Source of the DNA: a virus
IMG/VR virus record: IMGVR_UViG_3300022225_001767
Length of the DNA stretch: 64,000 nucleotides
Reading direction: 5' to 3' (one strand)
Shown: piece by piece, positions 1-9,680 of the stretch
Layout: each line of letters begins with the position of its first letter
Numbering within the stretch: the stretch's first letter is position 1
Notes under the pieces: model-generated
What the model saw: the letters and a program-made list of their open reading frames with translations, nothing else
The model's database searches: none
What the model was told of the DNA's origin: nothing
Program-made: the position numbers and the translations under genes

Positions 1-174
1 ACGTACTTGGCAACACTTGACTACGAAGGTATTGACGCTGACAGTTACGCCAAAGAGGTGCTATTACAGAGTTTTGGCGACTCAATGACACTCTTTGATG
101 CGCCTTCTCCACACGAAGCATCACAAAACACACCTGAATTGGATGCAGCGTTACAGCACAAATTATCACGATAA
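1..174 (+). CDS. 3' end of an upstream paralogue of the 250-2250 protein (partial)
   Basis: Frame 1 reads TYLATLDYEGIDADSYAKEVLLQSFGDSMTLFDAPSPHEASQNTPELDAALQHKLSR*, nearly identical to the C-terminus of 250-2250. Confidence 0.85.
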   Translation, partial: TYLATLDYEGIDADSYAKEVLLQSFGDSMTLFDAPSPHEASQNTPELDAALQHKLSR

Positions 175-224
175 AAGGACGTTGTTGTGGCATATGAAAA
201 CGTTTCTTATATGGCGCTGTTAAA
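1..224 (+). repeat. Tandem-duplication copy 1 (homologous to 2077-2300)
   Basis: Nucleotide similarity continues past the stop codon into the first ~12 codons of the 2263 gene (TATGAAAACGTTTCTTATATGGCGCT is in both copies). Confidence 0.85.
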
Positions 225-249
225 TTATAACTAATAAAGACATGGCTTT

Positions 250-2250
250 ATGAACACAATCTCGAACAAAATCATCACCTCTGCACTAATTGCAAGCATG
301 CTGTTACCCAATGCCGCTGTCGCCTCCATGCATGAACCAACAACACCCGACAATCTTGAACAGGTTGTCGCGATATCGCAAACCCTTGAAGAGGGCATCC
401 CCACGCCTTATGCTGACATCAGCAACCCTAGTGTACTTCTTACTACCACTGACATCCAAGAAAACAATGGTGGGGTTCTTATCGACACCAGGATGCCTAA
501 AGAGGAGTGGCTGGAAGGTGTCATTGTTGTGCATCAGGATGGGTACGTAGGCAATATTAAAACCGATGACTACAAAGACGACATCCCCTCTTTGTTTTCT
601 AACTACCCCGGCTGGAACGACATCCACCACGACAAAACGACGCTGGACAGGGCAACCCTTGAATTAGGGGGGATGACGGACCACTCCGTTCATGAAGGGA
701 AAGACATGACAAACCTTTCTTTGAAACATACAAAAGAGCGAATATCGCGTTCCCTCATGTCTACATCACCCTTATTTGCACATCAAATGACGATGGAAAT
801 AGGGCTTATGGCGACTAAAAACGCCAACATTGTCAATCTCAATGAAGCCTCTAATATAATGGAGAAAGAGATTCTTAGTTTTGTCTCACCTCAACATTAC
901 GAAAGTGTCTCCCGCTATTGGCGGTCTGGTTGGATTGTGCACGAGATTGGGCACAGTCATCACCATCAAGATATCTCACAGGACAACCTTGTGTATGCAG
1001 GATCTACATCAAACAATCCTTTACAAACATTAAGCTCCACTAAAATAAAAATGGAAACGCACAGCGACGCTCAAATGATCCTCGCTGTGCAGTCCACTAT
1101 GCTAGCTAATGGTGAGCCTCAGGAGACCATAGATGCTTATACAGACGGCATCATTCGTATGCGGGAAGAAATAGCCGCATCATTGAATAAAAAAATCATT
1201 CAATCGGTTGCTTCAGAGCTTCCTTTAAAGGTCGATACTGAAACGCATAAGATCACGCTAAGTGACCCTAACGCCCCTGGTACAGATGGCGCTTTACTTT
1301 CAAGAGTTAAGCATGATACGACCCTAGGCATATACGCTATGGATGCGCTTATCAGTGCAAATGCGGAGCAAGCAAAAACATGGGATTTCGCTCAGAAAGG
1401 AAAAGTCATGGATGCATTTTACCACGCGCTTGAACACTCACCTTACATACAAAAGGAGTTATCTCAGCGCGATGATTTGATGACTTTTTCTAACATGAGT
1501 GACACTGAGTTTGCAAACGCAGCCCTTGACCTAGCAAAGGACATGGCCTCAGAACTTAACATTAACGCACCATCGGCACTCCGTTCGGTAATGCCCTTAG
1601 CCGTTGATGGTGTCGAGTATCTACAAAACGGGTTTATTGAAGTTGAAAGACAATCATTATACAACCCTCGAATGCCTGTTAAGGCGTCATTGGTCCTTAA
1701 TGGTGGTGATGGGCCTATCAAGACCGCAATTGTAACGCCTAAATCAGCCACACGAGAACACGACAGACTCCTCATTCCATTAACTAACAACAGCGAAAAT
1801 GGCATCTCTAGCACTAACGAACAGAACCAGTTGCTGAGCGATAAATTAAGCGAACACGGAATCGCTATGATGCATATTTCAACCCACATGGAAGGCCAAC
1901 GACGCTCAGAGGCTTCATCTAGCGTATTGTCAATTACACTTACAAAGCCGGGTCAGTTAAGTGTTGCTATGGACACCGTAGGCGACTGGCTTAACGAGAT
2001 TAAACTATCCCCCCAACCATCTTATGAAGGTGGATTCTTTTCGCTTAACAAAAGCACGGCCCGACTTTTTGATCACACATACCTGGCAACTCGCAAATAC
2101 GATGGCATCGACGCTGACAGTTACGCGAAAGATGTGCTATTGCAGAGTTTTGGTGATACAATGAGACTCTTTGACGTTCCTTCTCCGCACGCGGTATCAC
2201 AAAATACACCGGATTTGGACGCGTCGTTACAGCACAAATTATCACGATAA
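250..2250 (+). CDS. Exported protein with HExxH zinc-metallopeptidase-like motif
   Basis: Signal peptide (…LLPNAAVA), WIVHEIGHSH and downstream ETHSD; basic C-terminal tail. Confidence 0.6.
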   Translation: MNTISNKIITSALIASMLLPNAAVASMHEPTTPDNLEQVVAISQTLEEGIPTPYADISNPSVLLTTTDIQENNGGVLIDTRMPKEEWLEGVIVVHQDGYVGNIKTDDYKDDIPSLFSNYPGWNDIHHDKTTLDRATLELGGMTDHSVHEGKDMTNLSLKHTKERISRSLMSTSPLFAHQMTMEIGLMATKNANIVNLNEASNIMEKEILSFVSPQHYESVSRYWRSGWIVHEIGHSHHHQDISQDNLVYAGSTSNNPLQTLSSTKIKMETHSDAQMILAVQSTMLANGEPQETIDAYTDGIIRMREEIAASLNKKIIQSVASELPLKVDTETHKITLSDPNAPGTDGALLSRVKHDTTLGIYAMDALISANAEQAKTWDFAQKGKVMDAFYHALEHSPYIQKELSQRDDLMTFSNMSDTEFANAALDLAKDMASELNINAPSALRSVMPLAVDGVEYLQNGFIEVERQSLYNPRMPVKASLVLNGGDGPIKTAIVTPKSATREHDRLLIPLTNNSENGISSTNEQNQLLSDKLSEHGIAMMHISTHMEGQRRSEASSSVLSITLTKPGQLSVAMDTVGDWLNEIKLSPQPSYEGGFFSLNKSTARLFDHTYLATRKYDGIDADSYAKDVLLQSFGDTMRLFDVPSPHAVSQNTPDLDASLQHKLSR

Positions 2251-2300
2251 AAGGAAGTTGTTATGATATATGAAAACGTTTCTTATATGGCGCTATTAAA
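2077..2300 (+). repeat. Tandem-duplication copy 2 (homologous to 1-224)
   Basis: Offset of 2076 bp from copy 1. Confidence 0.85.
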
Positions 2301-2580
2301 ACGTAAAGATGGATTTTGCTTGCAGGTGAAAATGCAACCTGACGCGTGGGGGCAGTGCGATGGATTCATCTTTGGTGTTGACGCGTCGCAAGTCAAAGTT
2401 AAGGGGATGGCTGGCTCAGACGCAATTGTCGGCGTCTCTGTTGCTTTGGAAGACGACGTTCACCTACGCTGGCTCTCCAACACCCCCCTGTTGCGTGTGG
2501 AGTGCATTGCAACACCCGTTGAGGAAAGTGTTGCCTTTGTTGCCATTCAAGCCGCCAGCCTCCCAGATTACAACATTTAA
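2263..2580 (+). CDS. Hypothetical protein
   Basis: 105 aa ORF, AAGGA SD. Confidence 0.7.
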   Translation: MIYENVSYMALLKRKDGFCLQVKMQPDAWGQCDGFIFGVDASQVKVKGMAGSDAIVGVSVALEDDVHLRWLSNTPLLRVECIATPVEESVAFVAIQAASLPDYNI

Positions 2581-2645
2581 TTAAAAGTTGATTTAGCCCT
2601 CTCGACTTGTTATTGTTTACACATTCACAGCTAGAGGGATAAACC

Positions 2646-2828
2646 ATGCGTTTTTTCAATGACCCAAATTTTGTCATTTTAGACTTTCATTGCCCTTATT
2701 GCCATCGAGACACAAGCACCACCGTTCATGAAGATGGAAATGCTACGTGTAATGCTTGCATGAGTACGGTTGCACCACCCATGCGTTACGAAGAGGCCCG
2801 AGACACTTATCAACGTGAACTCCATTAA
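2646..2828 (+). CDS. Small zinc-ribbon protein
   Basis: CPYC…CNAC; GAGGG SD. Confidence 0.6.
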   Translation: MRFFNDPNFVILDFHCPYCHRDTSTTVHEDGNATCNACMSTVAPPMRYEEARDTYQRELH

Positions 2829-2855
2829 CAACACACCACCATTGAGCGAAAAACT

Positions 2856-3725
2856 ATGAACACAACACCGTTTCCACTCCCTAAAAAACACTCACTGCCG
2901 GAGCAACTTCTTGTGTTCCTCGCTAACGCCAAAGAGTCGATGCGCTCAGGGCAATATCTTTTCTTTACAGCTAAGCCAGAAAATCTGACGCCACGACATA
3001 TGCCACTCGCATCAACATACCTCACCCGCATCATCATTGATGCATACCTGATCAACAGAAGCGTAGACGAGATCCGCGACGCGCTTGCTTATCATCATGA
3101 AGAGTTCACTCGCGCCCTTGCGGTGTTTGATAGTGAGGGTATGCGAAACAATATGGCTTCGACGGTTAACGACGCATTCCGAGCCTTGTCTTGGGTGGCA
3201 AGCAACGCAACGCAACCAGAACAACTATATCAAGCGTATCGCTATGATATGTCTCGCAGTGATGCGCACACTACAGAAGCCTCTCTGCTTGCGCTTCACA
3301 GTGGGTTTCTCTTGTATTTTGGTTCACAAGCAAATAACGATCACCTTCTTCCGCTGGACGTTGAGCGTGATATGGCAGCATTGTGGTGGAGTTGGGATAA
3401 ACAGTGCGCTTCTGTTGGATTGCAGTACATAACACCACACATGCACCCAAATAATGCTTCTTCTGATATTTTCGGCGCTTCAACACTGACTCGTGAAGAA
3501 AGAAGCACCTCACGGTTTATGAAAATTAACCTTGCGCTATTTGTTAAATTATCAAATCAACACCGCATGACGCACAATCAACCTAGTTCGTCAGAATTAA
3601 CCTGTTTTGTTTTTCGTGAGGGACTTGAAGCTTACACCAACAATAAAACTTCAAAAGACAGTGCCGTTAACTACCTGGAAGCCGCAGAATATCCTGTTGT
3701 TTTCGCGCAACGCCAATGCGCTTGA
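2856..3725 (+). CDS. Hypothetical protein
   Basis: 289 aa ORF. Confidence 0.75.
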   Translation: MNTTPFPLPKKHSLPEQLLVFLANAKESMRSGQYLFFTAKPENLTPRHMPLASTYLTRIIIDAYLINRSVDEIRDALAYHHEEFTRALAVFDSEGMRNNMASTVNDAFRALSWVASNATQPEQLYQAYRYDMSRSDAHTTEASLLALHSGFLLYFGSQANNDHLLPLDVERDMAALWWSWDKQCASVGLQYITPHMHPNNASSDIFGASTLTREERSTSRFMKINLALFVKLSNQHRMTHNQPSSSELTCFVFREGLEAYTNNKTSKDSAVNYLEAAEYPVVFAQRQCA

Positions 3726-3768
3726 TTTACTCCGCCTCTTATGAGAAGATATAACCCGTCAACACAAC
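3722..3768 (+). promoter_or_regulatory. Repeated promoter + GTCAACACAAC leader
   Basis: TTGATT 3722, TGAGAAGAT, GTCAAC 3758. Confidence 0.75.
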
Positions 3769-3781
3769 AACGGAGAAATTC

Positions 3782-4381
3782 ATGTACCTTCTTGATCATA
3801 TCACAGTCAATGACTTTATTATCGCCAGTATGCTTGCCGATAACTCAAAAGAGGCGCAGGAAAAGCTCGCCTCCCGACTTAACAACATCTTTGGTGATGA
3901 TGTTGCGGAGGGTTTTTTCGAAGGCGAAGAGTTTAATGAGCTTGTGCAGCAGACGATATCGCTTATACCGGTTTGGTTGGAGAATGGTTCTGTCCAGAAA
4001 CAAACATGGTCTATGCAAGGCGTTTACCTTGAACCTGAGCAATCTTACGACACCGGTGTTATTGAAGTCTACCAAATGACGCAACAATCACATGACAGTG
4101 AGAAAAACAAAGGGTTTCGCTTTTCAGCATACCTTAACACGTTATTTGATGGGAACGATGAGGCGTTTGATCCTGACAACTTCAAGGTTGAGTCTGAACA
4201 ACCTGCATCAAGTGGCTTTATTGTTGTTGAGACACTCACTCAACAATTTTTCCATGTCACCAAATGTGATACCGAAGACGAAGCCGCTGCGCGTGTCATT
4301 GCGGCGTTAGGTGATGATGGGGTGGTTGTTACGAAAGAGGAACTTTGGATTTCTCCTCGACAATCCATTGTCGAGATATAA
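3782..4381 (+). CDS. Acidic hypothetical protein
   Basis: 199 aa, GGAG SD, follows the repeat promoter. Confidence 0.8.
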   Translation: MYLLDHITVNDFIIASMLADNSKEAQEKLASRLNNIFGDDVAEGFFEGEEFNELVQQTISLIPVWLENGSVQKQTWSMQGVYLEPEQSYDTGVIEVYQMTQQSHDSEKNKGFRFSAYLNTLFDGNDEAFDPDNFKVESEQPASSGFIVVETLTQQFFHVTKCDTEDEAAARVIAALGDDGVVVTKEELWISPRQSIVEI

Positions 4382-4588
4382 CGTCACAACATTACTTTCT
4401 CGTGACAAAGGGCGCTTTCACTCTGTATTTCGAGAGTCAAGGCTGCCCGCTTTGAGCGTTTTCCATACAACACAAAAATCGTTATCAATAGCGCAATAGG
4501 AGAAACCCGAGAAAGAACACTTATGGGAAAAGACAGTCAGTTCGGAAACCAGAAACCACAAAAGGTTTCAACAACTGAACACCCAAAC

Positions 4589-4635
4589 TTGACAACACAC
4601 TCACCTTTTGAGACAATGGCTATTGTCAACACAAC
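4589..4635 (+). promoter_or_regulatory. Repeated promoter + GTCAACACAAC leader
   Basis: TTGACA 4589, TGAGACAAT, GTCAAC 4625. Confidence 0.85.
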
Positions 4636-4654
4636 AAAACAAAAGGTATTCCTT

Positions 4655-5095
4655 GTGAGTAAAAGCACGCTCCCCTCTTATTTACGTGCAACTGATCGCT
4701 ATCTTATGATCACGCAAAGCACATCTGTTTCACTGCTGTATTACGCGATGATGATGGGGATCATTTACACTTCTTTTGCTGTCAGCCTATGGGCCATTTT
4801 GGGACTCTTGTTGGGGTTTGCTGTTAATGGCACTAACTATCAGCTAGGCTGTCTTTTTGATCATATAACAAACCGCAAAACGCTCAACGAAGAGCAACTT
4901 TTGCAATACGTAAACAGCCGCCCTAGCGCCATTCACATTGGTTTTACGGCCGTCGTTACAGGTTGGAGCTTACATCTTGCTCATACGGACACGTTGATGC
5001 TCGTGATTGCATTTGCAGGATTATGGGGTATACTATCACTTATTGTCTTACAGACATTTATCGACAAATCAGTGGTCTCTGACAGTGAGACCTAA
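4655..5095 (+). CDS. Membrane protein (about 4 TM helices)
   Basis: GTG start after AAGG SD, downstream of the repeat promoter; hydrophobic segments. Confidence 0.7.
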   Translation: MSKSTLPSYLRATDRYLMITQSTSVSLLYYAMMMGIIYTSFAVSLWAILGLLLGFAVNGTNYQLGCLFDHITNRKTLNEEQLLQYVNSRPSAIHIGFTAVVTGWSLHLAHTDTLMLVIAFAGLWGILSLIVLQTFIDKSVVSDSET

Positions 5096-5271
5096 CCGAA
5101 ACCTCTGACAGCAAGGTATGCTGTCTCCCTGGTTGCCTCTGTCTCTCGTGCAGGGGCTTTTTTTTATGTGAACTATGTGAACTATTATCGTGCACTGCCC
5201 AGCGCCTAAAGATCGCTGGCAATTCGATAAAACACAAATTGCATAATGTGGTAAAATGAGACTTATCGTCT

Positions 5272-5316
5272 ACAGACATGCCATCTCATTAAGGTATACT
5301 AACATCGTCAACACAA
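5272..5316 (+). promoter_or_regulatory. Repeated promoter + GTCAACACAA leader (weak -35)
   Basis: TATACT 5295, GTCAAC 5307. Confidence 0.7.
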
Positions 5317-5322
5317 AAGGAG

Positions 5323-5775
5323 ATGACGATGAAAAACACATTAGACATTCAAGCGTTATGGCGCGCCATGACATTGGCTGCAACACAACTTATTACCACC
5401 AATACATACCCTTCAAAAGATGAACCGGAAGTAAACCGACTTTCCATATTGAAAAACAAAGTGGTCTCGACCATATCTTCGATGGAAGAGAAAGAAGCGG
5501 TGCTTCACACCCTAAATGGCCTGCATGACACTTACATGCTACATTTTATGCTTGCTGGCGAACAAGTGTCGTGGAAGTGCGATACAAGCCCACTGTGGGA
5601 GCATGACGCGACGGTCGATATTGCACTTTACACCATTGATGAAGATGGCGTTCATGCATCCGCAGCGGCCATCAGGTCTCAATTGGCCGCGTTACTCACA
5701 TTATCCGACAAAGAGCTTATTGAAACAGTGCGAGTCGGAAATGACACCATTGACTCTCGCATTGCCGGAGAATAG
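5323..5775 (+). CDS. Hypothetical protein
   Basis: 150 aa, AGGAG SD. Confidence 0.75.
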   Translation: MTMKNTLDIQALWRAMTLAATQLITTNTYPSKDEPEVNRLSILKNKVVSTISSMEEKEAVLHTLNGLHDTYMLHFMLAGEQVSWKCDTSPLWEHDATVDIALYTIDEDGVHASAAAIRSQLAALLTLSDKELIETVRVGNDTIDSRIAGE

Positions 5776-5852
5776 CCTTTCGGCGTCATGCACCATTGAC
5801 GCCACGCTTGCTTTTATGTATGATCATCGAGGTAAAAATACAGGATGCAAAC

Positions 5853-6134
5853 ATGAAAGAACTTAACGCGTTTAGTGGTACGTGTAAACCTGCCCCCAAC
5901 CAAACGGTGCAAGTGAAAATAGAAAGTGATGAGGCCCAGTATGAGCTTTTGCTTTCACCGAGCAACAGTGTTGCACCTTGCGACATTGAGATTGTCTCGT
6001 ATGCAACCTCAGACACTCATTGGAAAAAGGGCATGCTGCCTAGCATGCTAGCAACGTCACTACCAGAGCGTATTGTTGCCTTCTGCCATATTCGCTACGC
6101 ATCCATGCAGCAGAGAGGCCGCCTTACTTCTTAA
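5853..6134 (+). CDS. Hypothetical protein
   Basis: ATG after AGGA SD within the 5796 ORF. Confidence 0.55.
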   Translation: MKELNAFSGTCKPAPNQTVQVKIESDEAQYELLLSPSNSVAPCDIEIVSYATSDTHWKKGMLPSMLATSLPERIVAFCHIRYASMQQRGRLTS

Positions 6135-6157
6135 CGCGGCCTTCGGGCCTGCAACAC

Positions 6158-6868
6158 TTACGCTTTTCGTCGCCTGGTCCATGCGCCTGCGCCCAGGCAC
6201 ATCAAACCTAACATAGATACGCCACCAACAGAAACATTTGTTGCTGAAGGCGAGTTAGGGTTTCTGGCATTAAGCGTAGGATCGTTGATTGAGCTTAATG
6301 TCACACCGCCATCTGACACCAAAAATACACCATATGGTGTTGATGATCTCGAATAGCCAGCCGCATTGTATTCCGTTCCATACAGTACACTATAAGCACT
6401 TGAGTTAACATAAGAACCCGCTAGCGCTACGCTATCGTTTTCATCAATATACTTCCCGAGCGTATAATTGGCGCTGCGAGATCCGTTCCCGAACAAATCA
6501 GCAAAGTCATACATTGGGTTCGTTGCTTCATTTTCTCTCACGGTGCTCTGAGTGCCATCATGCGCATAACCGCTAAAGAAAGCCGCCATCATCGTTTCCA
6601 CTTCGCTGTTTAGCGCAAAGCGCCACCCTGTAAACGCATTCGGCGTATCGCTCGCCAACAGGCTTTCAATTTGATTGATGGAGTAGTTGCGTGTTTCTGT
6701 CAAATCAAGCCACTCTATCCCTGTTGCTCTATGTAGCGTTGCTTTGGCATCGCCTGCTACAGCAACATCCGTCGTCATAAATTCATCGCCGGAATTTGAT
6801 ATAAAGGTTTCGGCATTGACCGCGCCTGACGCTAAAAACATTGCCGCAAGTAACAATTTGTATCGCAT
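6158..6868 (-). CDS. Exported protein with PEP-CTERM-like sorting tail
   Basis: Signal peptide; C-terminal NVSVGG + TM helix + RRRKA; paralogous to 16333 and 18344 (shared TGIEWLDLTET, FLVSDGG). Confidence 0.8.
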   Translation of the reverse strand: MRYKLLLAAMFLASGAVNAETFISNSGDEFMTTDVAVAGDAKATLHRATGIEWLDLTETRNYSINQIESLLASDTPNAFTGWRFALNSEVETMMAAFFSGYAHDGTQSTVRENEATNPMYDFADLFGNGSRSANYTLGKYIDENDSVALAGSYVNSSAYSVLYGTEYNAAGYSRSSTPYGVFLVSDGGVTLSSINDPTLNARNPNSPSATNVSVGGVSMLGLMCLGAGAWTRRRKA

Positions 6869-7025
6869 TGAAAAATCCTATTTTCGTTATTAATATGCAT
6901 ATTCATAATGCTAACCATTGCCGTAATCCTGCAAATTCAATGCCACACCTTGGCCTGTTTTGCATGTTGCCAAAAAGCCACCTTCATGTTATTATTCATC
7001 CAATCTTGGTCAAGAAGAAATAAAC

Positions 7026-7832
7026 ATGACGCTCGCATCAAACTTACAGAAAGACAGTAAAAATACAGCCTCACTAGCCGCATTTCTTAATGCACTTAAC
7101 TTGGCACTGTCTTATCGCATTCAAGAGTTTTCACCTAGGCCACATTATTCATGCTTACCAGGCGAACAAATACCAACACCATTCAACTTCAGTATCACGC
7201 CTGTTCTGCGCGATAAATGCAAAGGGCGCATCGTTTATCCCACGCCAGATATGGAAACCACAAGAAGAGAGGTGTCTTATATAGAAAGAAACACGGCGAC
7301 TGATGTATTGATGGCATGGGTCAAAGACAGCGAAAAAGGCATAAAGGAAACCATAGAGGAGTTCGACAAACTCTTGCACCATGAGAAGAAAAAACGACTT
7401 AAGTTTCTTCAGGACAATTTCACAATTGAGTTTTGTGAAGAATCACTGCCGCGCCTTCGCGCACTACTTGACGATCCAGCCACAGCAATTGAGCGAAAGC
7501 ATTTACCCTGCATCAATGGCACTGCGCCACTCAATTACGGTAGCGAACTGACCTTTGTTTACGCGCCAAGCTTTGACACGGGCTTTCACTTCGAACGCTT
7601 TCCTGTCAGTGTTGATGGCGTTTCTTTTAATAAAGAGGGGGACGCCACCACAGCTAATATTACGTATCAAGCAGGAAGCCATAGCGTTAGCCTCCCTCTT
7701 GGTTTTCATGTTGATGATAAAGAACCGATGCCTTATCATGCTTCCAATGTGAGGGTTTTCGCCTCCCATGAGTCTGCTGTCGCTTATGCTAAGCAGTCAA
7801 TCCAAAGAATGTCAGAATTGCTGAGCACATAG
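7026..7832 (+). CDS. Hypothetical protein
   Basis: ATG at 7026 in the 6960 ORF. Confidence 0.75.
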   Translation: MTLASNLQKDSKNTASLAAFLNALNLALSYRIQEFSPRPHYSCLPGEQIPTPFNFSITPVLRDKCKGRIVYPTPDMETTRREVSYIERNTATDVLMAWVKDSEKGIKETIEEFDKLLHHEKKKRLKFLQDNFTIEFCEESLPRLRALLDDPATAIERKHLPCINGTAPLNYGSELTFVYAPSFDTGFHFERFPVSVDGVSFNKEGDATTANITYQAGSHSVSLPLGFHVDDKEPMPYHASNVRVFASHESAVAYAKQSIQRMSELLST

Positions 7833-7976
7833 TGGCGCAACGTCTCGGTGTCGAATCGCGATGTCTATTTTCTGACATCCACTTTACTTTGCTCACAGAA
7901 TCCATTAAAATGTCGACCTTCACTAAGAGAACTCTCTAAGTGAAGCCTACACAACTTGATAATCTGTCAGGAGATA

Positions 7977-8171
7977 ATGATGGCAAAGAAAAGAGGTCAG
8001 CGCCCCGATGGTGCTCCCCGAAACTTTGTTCATCTTCACGGCATTGCGTTTAACAAAGGTGAGTTCCACACCGATAAACGTAAGGAAGCAAAGATGGGCA
8101 AACGTAAACACAAAACCGCTTGGGAGAAAAACCCAGGCGGTTATTTTTTTGTCCTTTGTTCAATGACATAG
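7977..8171 (+). CDS. Small basic ArfA-like / DUF7230-like putative ribosome-rescue factor
   Basis: AGGAG SD; RNFV…FNKG…HTDKRKEAKMGKRKHK…W; intrinsic terminator inside the ORF. Confidence 0.55.
   Translation: MMAKKRGQRPDGAPRNFVHLHGIAFNKGEFHTDKRKEAKMGKRKHKTAWEKNPGGYFFVLCSMT
8114..8150 (+). terminator. Intrinsic terminator within the 7977 ORF, upstream of its stop codon
   Basis: AACCGCTTGGG-7 nt loop-CCCAGGCGGTT followed by ATTTTTTT. Confidence 0.75.
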
Positions 8172-8236
8172 CAGCACTAATTATCCTCTCACCCTCTTCT
8201 TTTTTGCATCAGATAACCACACTGCTTGTATTTTTG

Positions 8237-8282
8237 TTGACAATATAACGAACTTTTGAGACAATAAAAGCGTCAACACAAC
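8237..8282 (+). promoter_or_regulatory. Repeated promoter + GTCAACACAAC leader
   Basis: TTGACA 8237, TGAGACAAT, GTCAAC 8272. Confidence 0.85.
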
Positions 8283-8294
8283 TGAGGAAACTCC

Positions 8295-8549
8295 ATGAAT
8301 TTACATATTCACACTTTGACCACGGCTGTTATCAGCGATTTGAGTGCTAAGCAAAAAGACGAACTGTCCAAAGCGCTAGGTTATCCGTTTACAACCACTA
8401 ATGACAATGGTTACATGGTCATTGATATGGAAGAGCTTAACAACATGCTGAGTGACGACCCTGATTTTGATGATGGTAAGTTCATCAAAGGAATGCTTAT
8501 CAGCTGGGATCTTGATCTTGAAGACGTCGATCGCGTTGAAATCATTTAA
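8295..8549 (+). CDS. Small acidic protein
   Basis: 84 aa, D/E-rich, GAGG SD. Confidence 0.75.
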   Translation: MNLHIHTLTTAVISDLSAKQKDELSKALGYPFTTTNDNGYMVIDMEELNNMLSDDPDFDDGKFIKGMLISWDLDLEDVDRVEII

Positions 8550-8592
8550 TGACAAGGGCGCACTGCGCCCTACCTTGGCTGTGTCGCTTTCC

Positions 8593-9078
8593 ATGCAACA
8601 TAACAAGGCATTAGATAAAGAGCTAAGTGCGATACGTCGTTTCTTGTTGCCTCGCTGGCAAGAAAAGCATGCCATGTATGAAAAACTAGGTGTTGCGGTT
8701 AAAGGAGGCCCTTTCGCCACGCCAGATAAAAGCATGTGCAAGTTCACCTCCGTCTTTCTGGAAACGGCGCTACCTGCACTTGGTCTTGTGGATGCCGAAT
8801 TAGCAATGGGACATGTCGTCAACGAGAGAGGGGAGCGCTTTAGTCATCATTGGATAACTGCCGATGATGACTATATCATTGATTTGACGGCCGCGCAGTT
8901 TGGTGGACCTGAGATGGTTTACACATCGTCATCTTCAGATGTTTATGAAAGCATGCCTTCTAGCCCTTCTTTGGAAGACGCGCTTTATGATGCTAGAGAG
9001 GCTGTGGATTTCACAGTTTCAGAATGGCTCGACGACTTTTTCACACAATTTTCACTACACAGTGACACGTCGCTGTAG
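8593..9078 (+). CDS. Transglutaminase/papain-like fold protein (putative Cys-His-Asp triad)
   Basis: SMCKFTS…SHHWI…IIDLTAAQF; start uncertain. Confidence 0.5.
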   Translation: MQHNKALDKELSAIRRFLLPRWQEKHAMYEKLGVAVKGGPFATPDKSMCKFTSVFLETALPALGLVDAELAMGHVVNERGERFSHHWITADDDYIIDLTAAQFGGPEMVYTSSSSDVYESMPSSPSLEDALYDAREAVDFTVSEWLDDFFTQFSLHSDTSL

Positions 9079-9098
9079 GTTAACGAATAAGGAAAAAT

Positions 9099-9569
9099 AT
9101 GGAACACAATACGTTTTTTAAAACCAAAGGCGCATATCTTGAGCAGTGGGTTAATTTTTACGAAGCACAACTGACTCCTCGCGCTATAAACATTGTCGCT
9201 GTCGCCATCATGTCTAAAGATCCTGATGCACCTCTGTTATTTGATGTACCTGTCGACATGGTTGATGCCCAAAAAGGTACGGTGACATTAAATATCGTCT
9301 CTTCAGCGGTCGGCTATCGCAGCTTCGGTGAACACGGACTTGCCGTCGCCTTGTCTTTTAAAGGAAAGCCCGTTGAGGTGCTTATTCCTTATGGCAATAT
9401 TATTTTTATTGGCGCGTTTGACAACGGCATGGAGCTTCTGGTAACAGAAACATATTCTCCGGTCTTCATCGCTCCTTTTAAAGCAGTCTCAGGTGAGTCA
9501 GCTGCGCCTAAAGATGAGAACAAAAACGCCGACGACCGCGTGGTCTCTTTGTTTAAAGATAAACATTAG
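9099..9569 (+). CDS. sspB: SspB-like ClpXP adaptor (stringent starvation protein B family)
   Basis: VPVDMV…GTVTLNIVSSAV…SFKGKPVEVLIPYGNI…DNG resembles the SspB core; C-terminal VVSLF tail. Confidence 0.65.
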   Translation: MEHNTFFKTKGAYLEQWVNFYEAQLTPRAINIVAVAIMSKDPDAPLLFDVPVDMVDAQKGTVTLNIVSSAVGYRSFGEHGLAVALSFKGKPVEVLIPYGNIIFIGAFDNGMELLVTETYSPVFIAPFKAVSGESAAPKDENKNADDRVVSLFKDKH

Positions 9570-9680
9570 ATTAACGTTACTGAGGCGGTAACTCCCGCCT
9601 CGCAATCAGAAAAAGGGCAAGTGTCAGTCTTTTTTACACTTGCCCATCAACTCCCCCATTGAGTGTAAAGCTCAATCATT

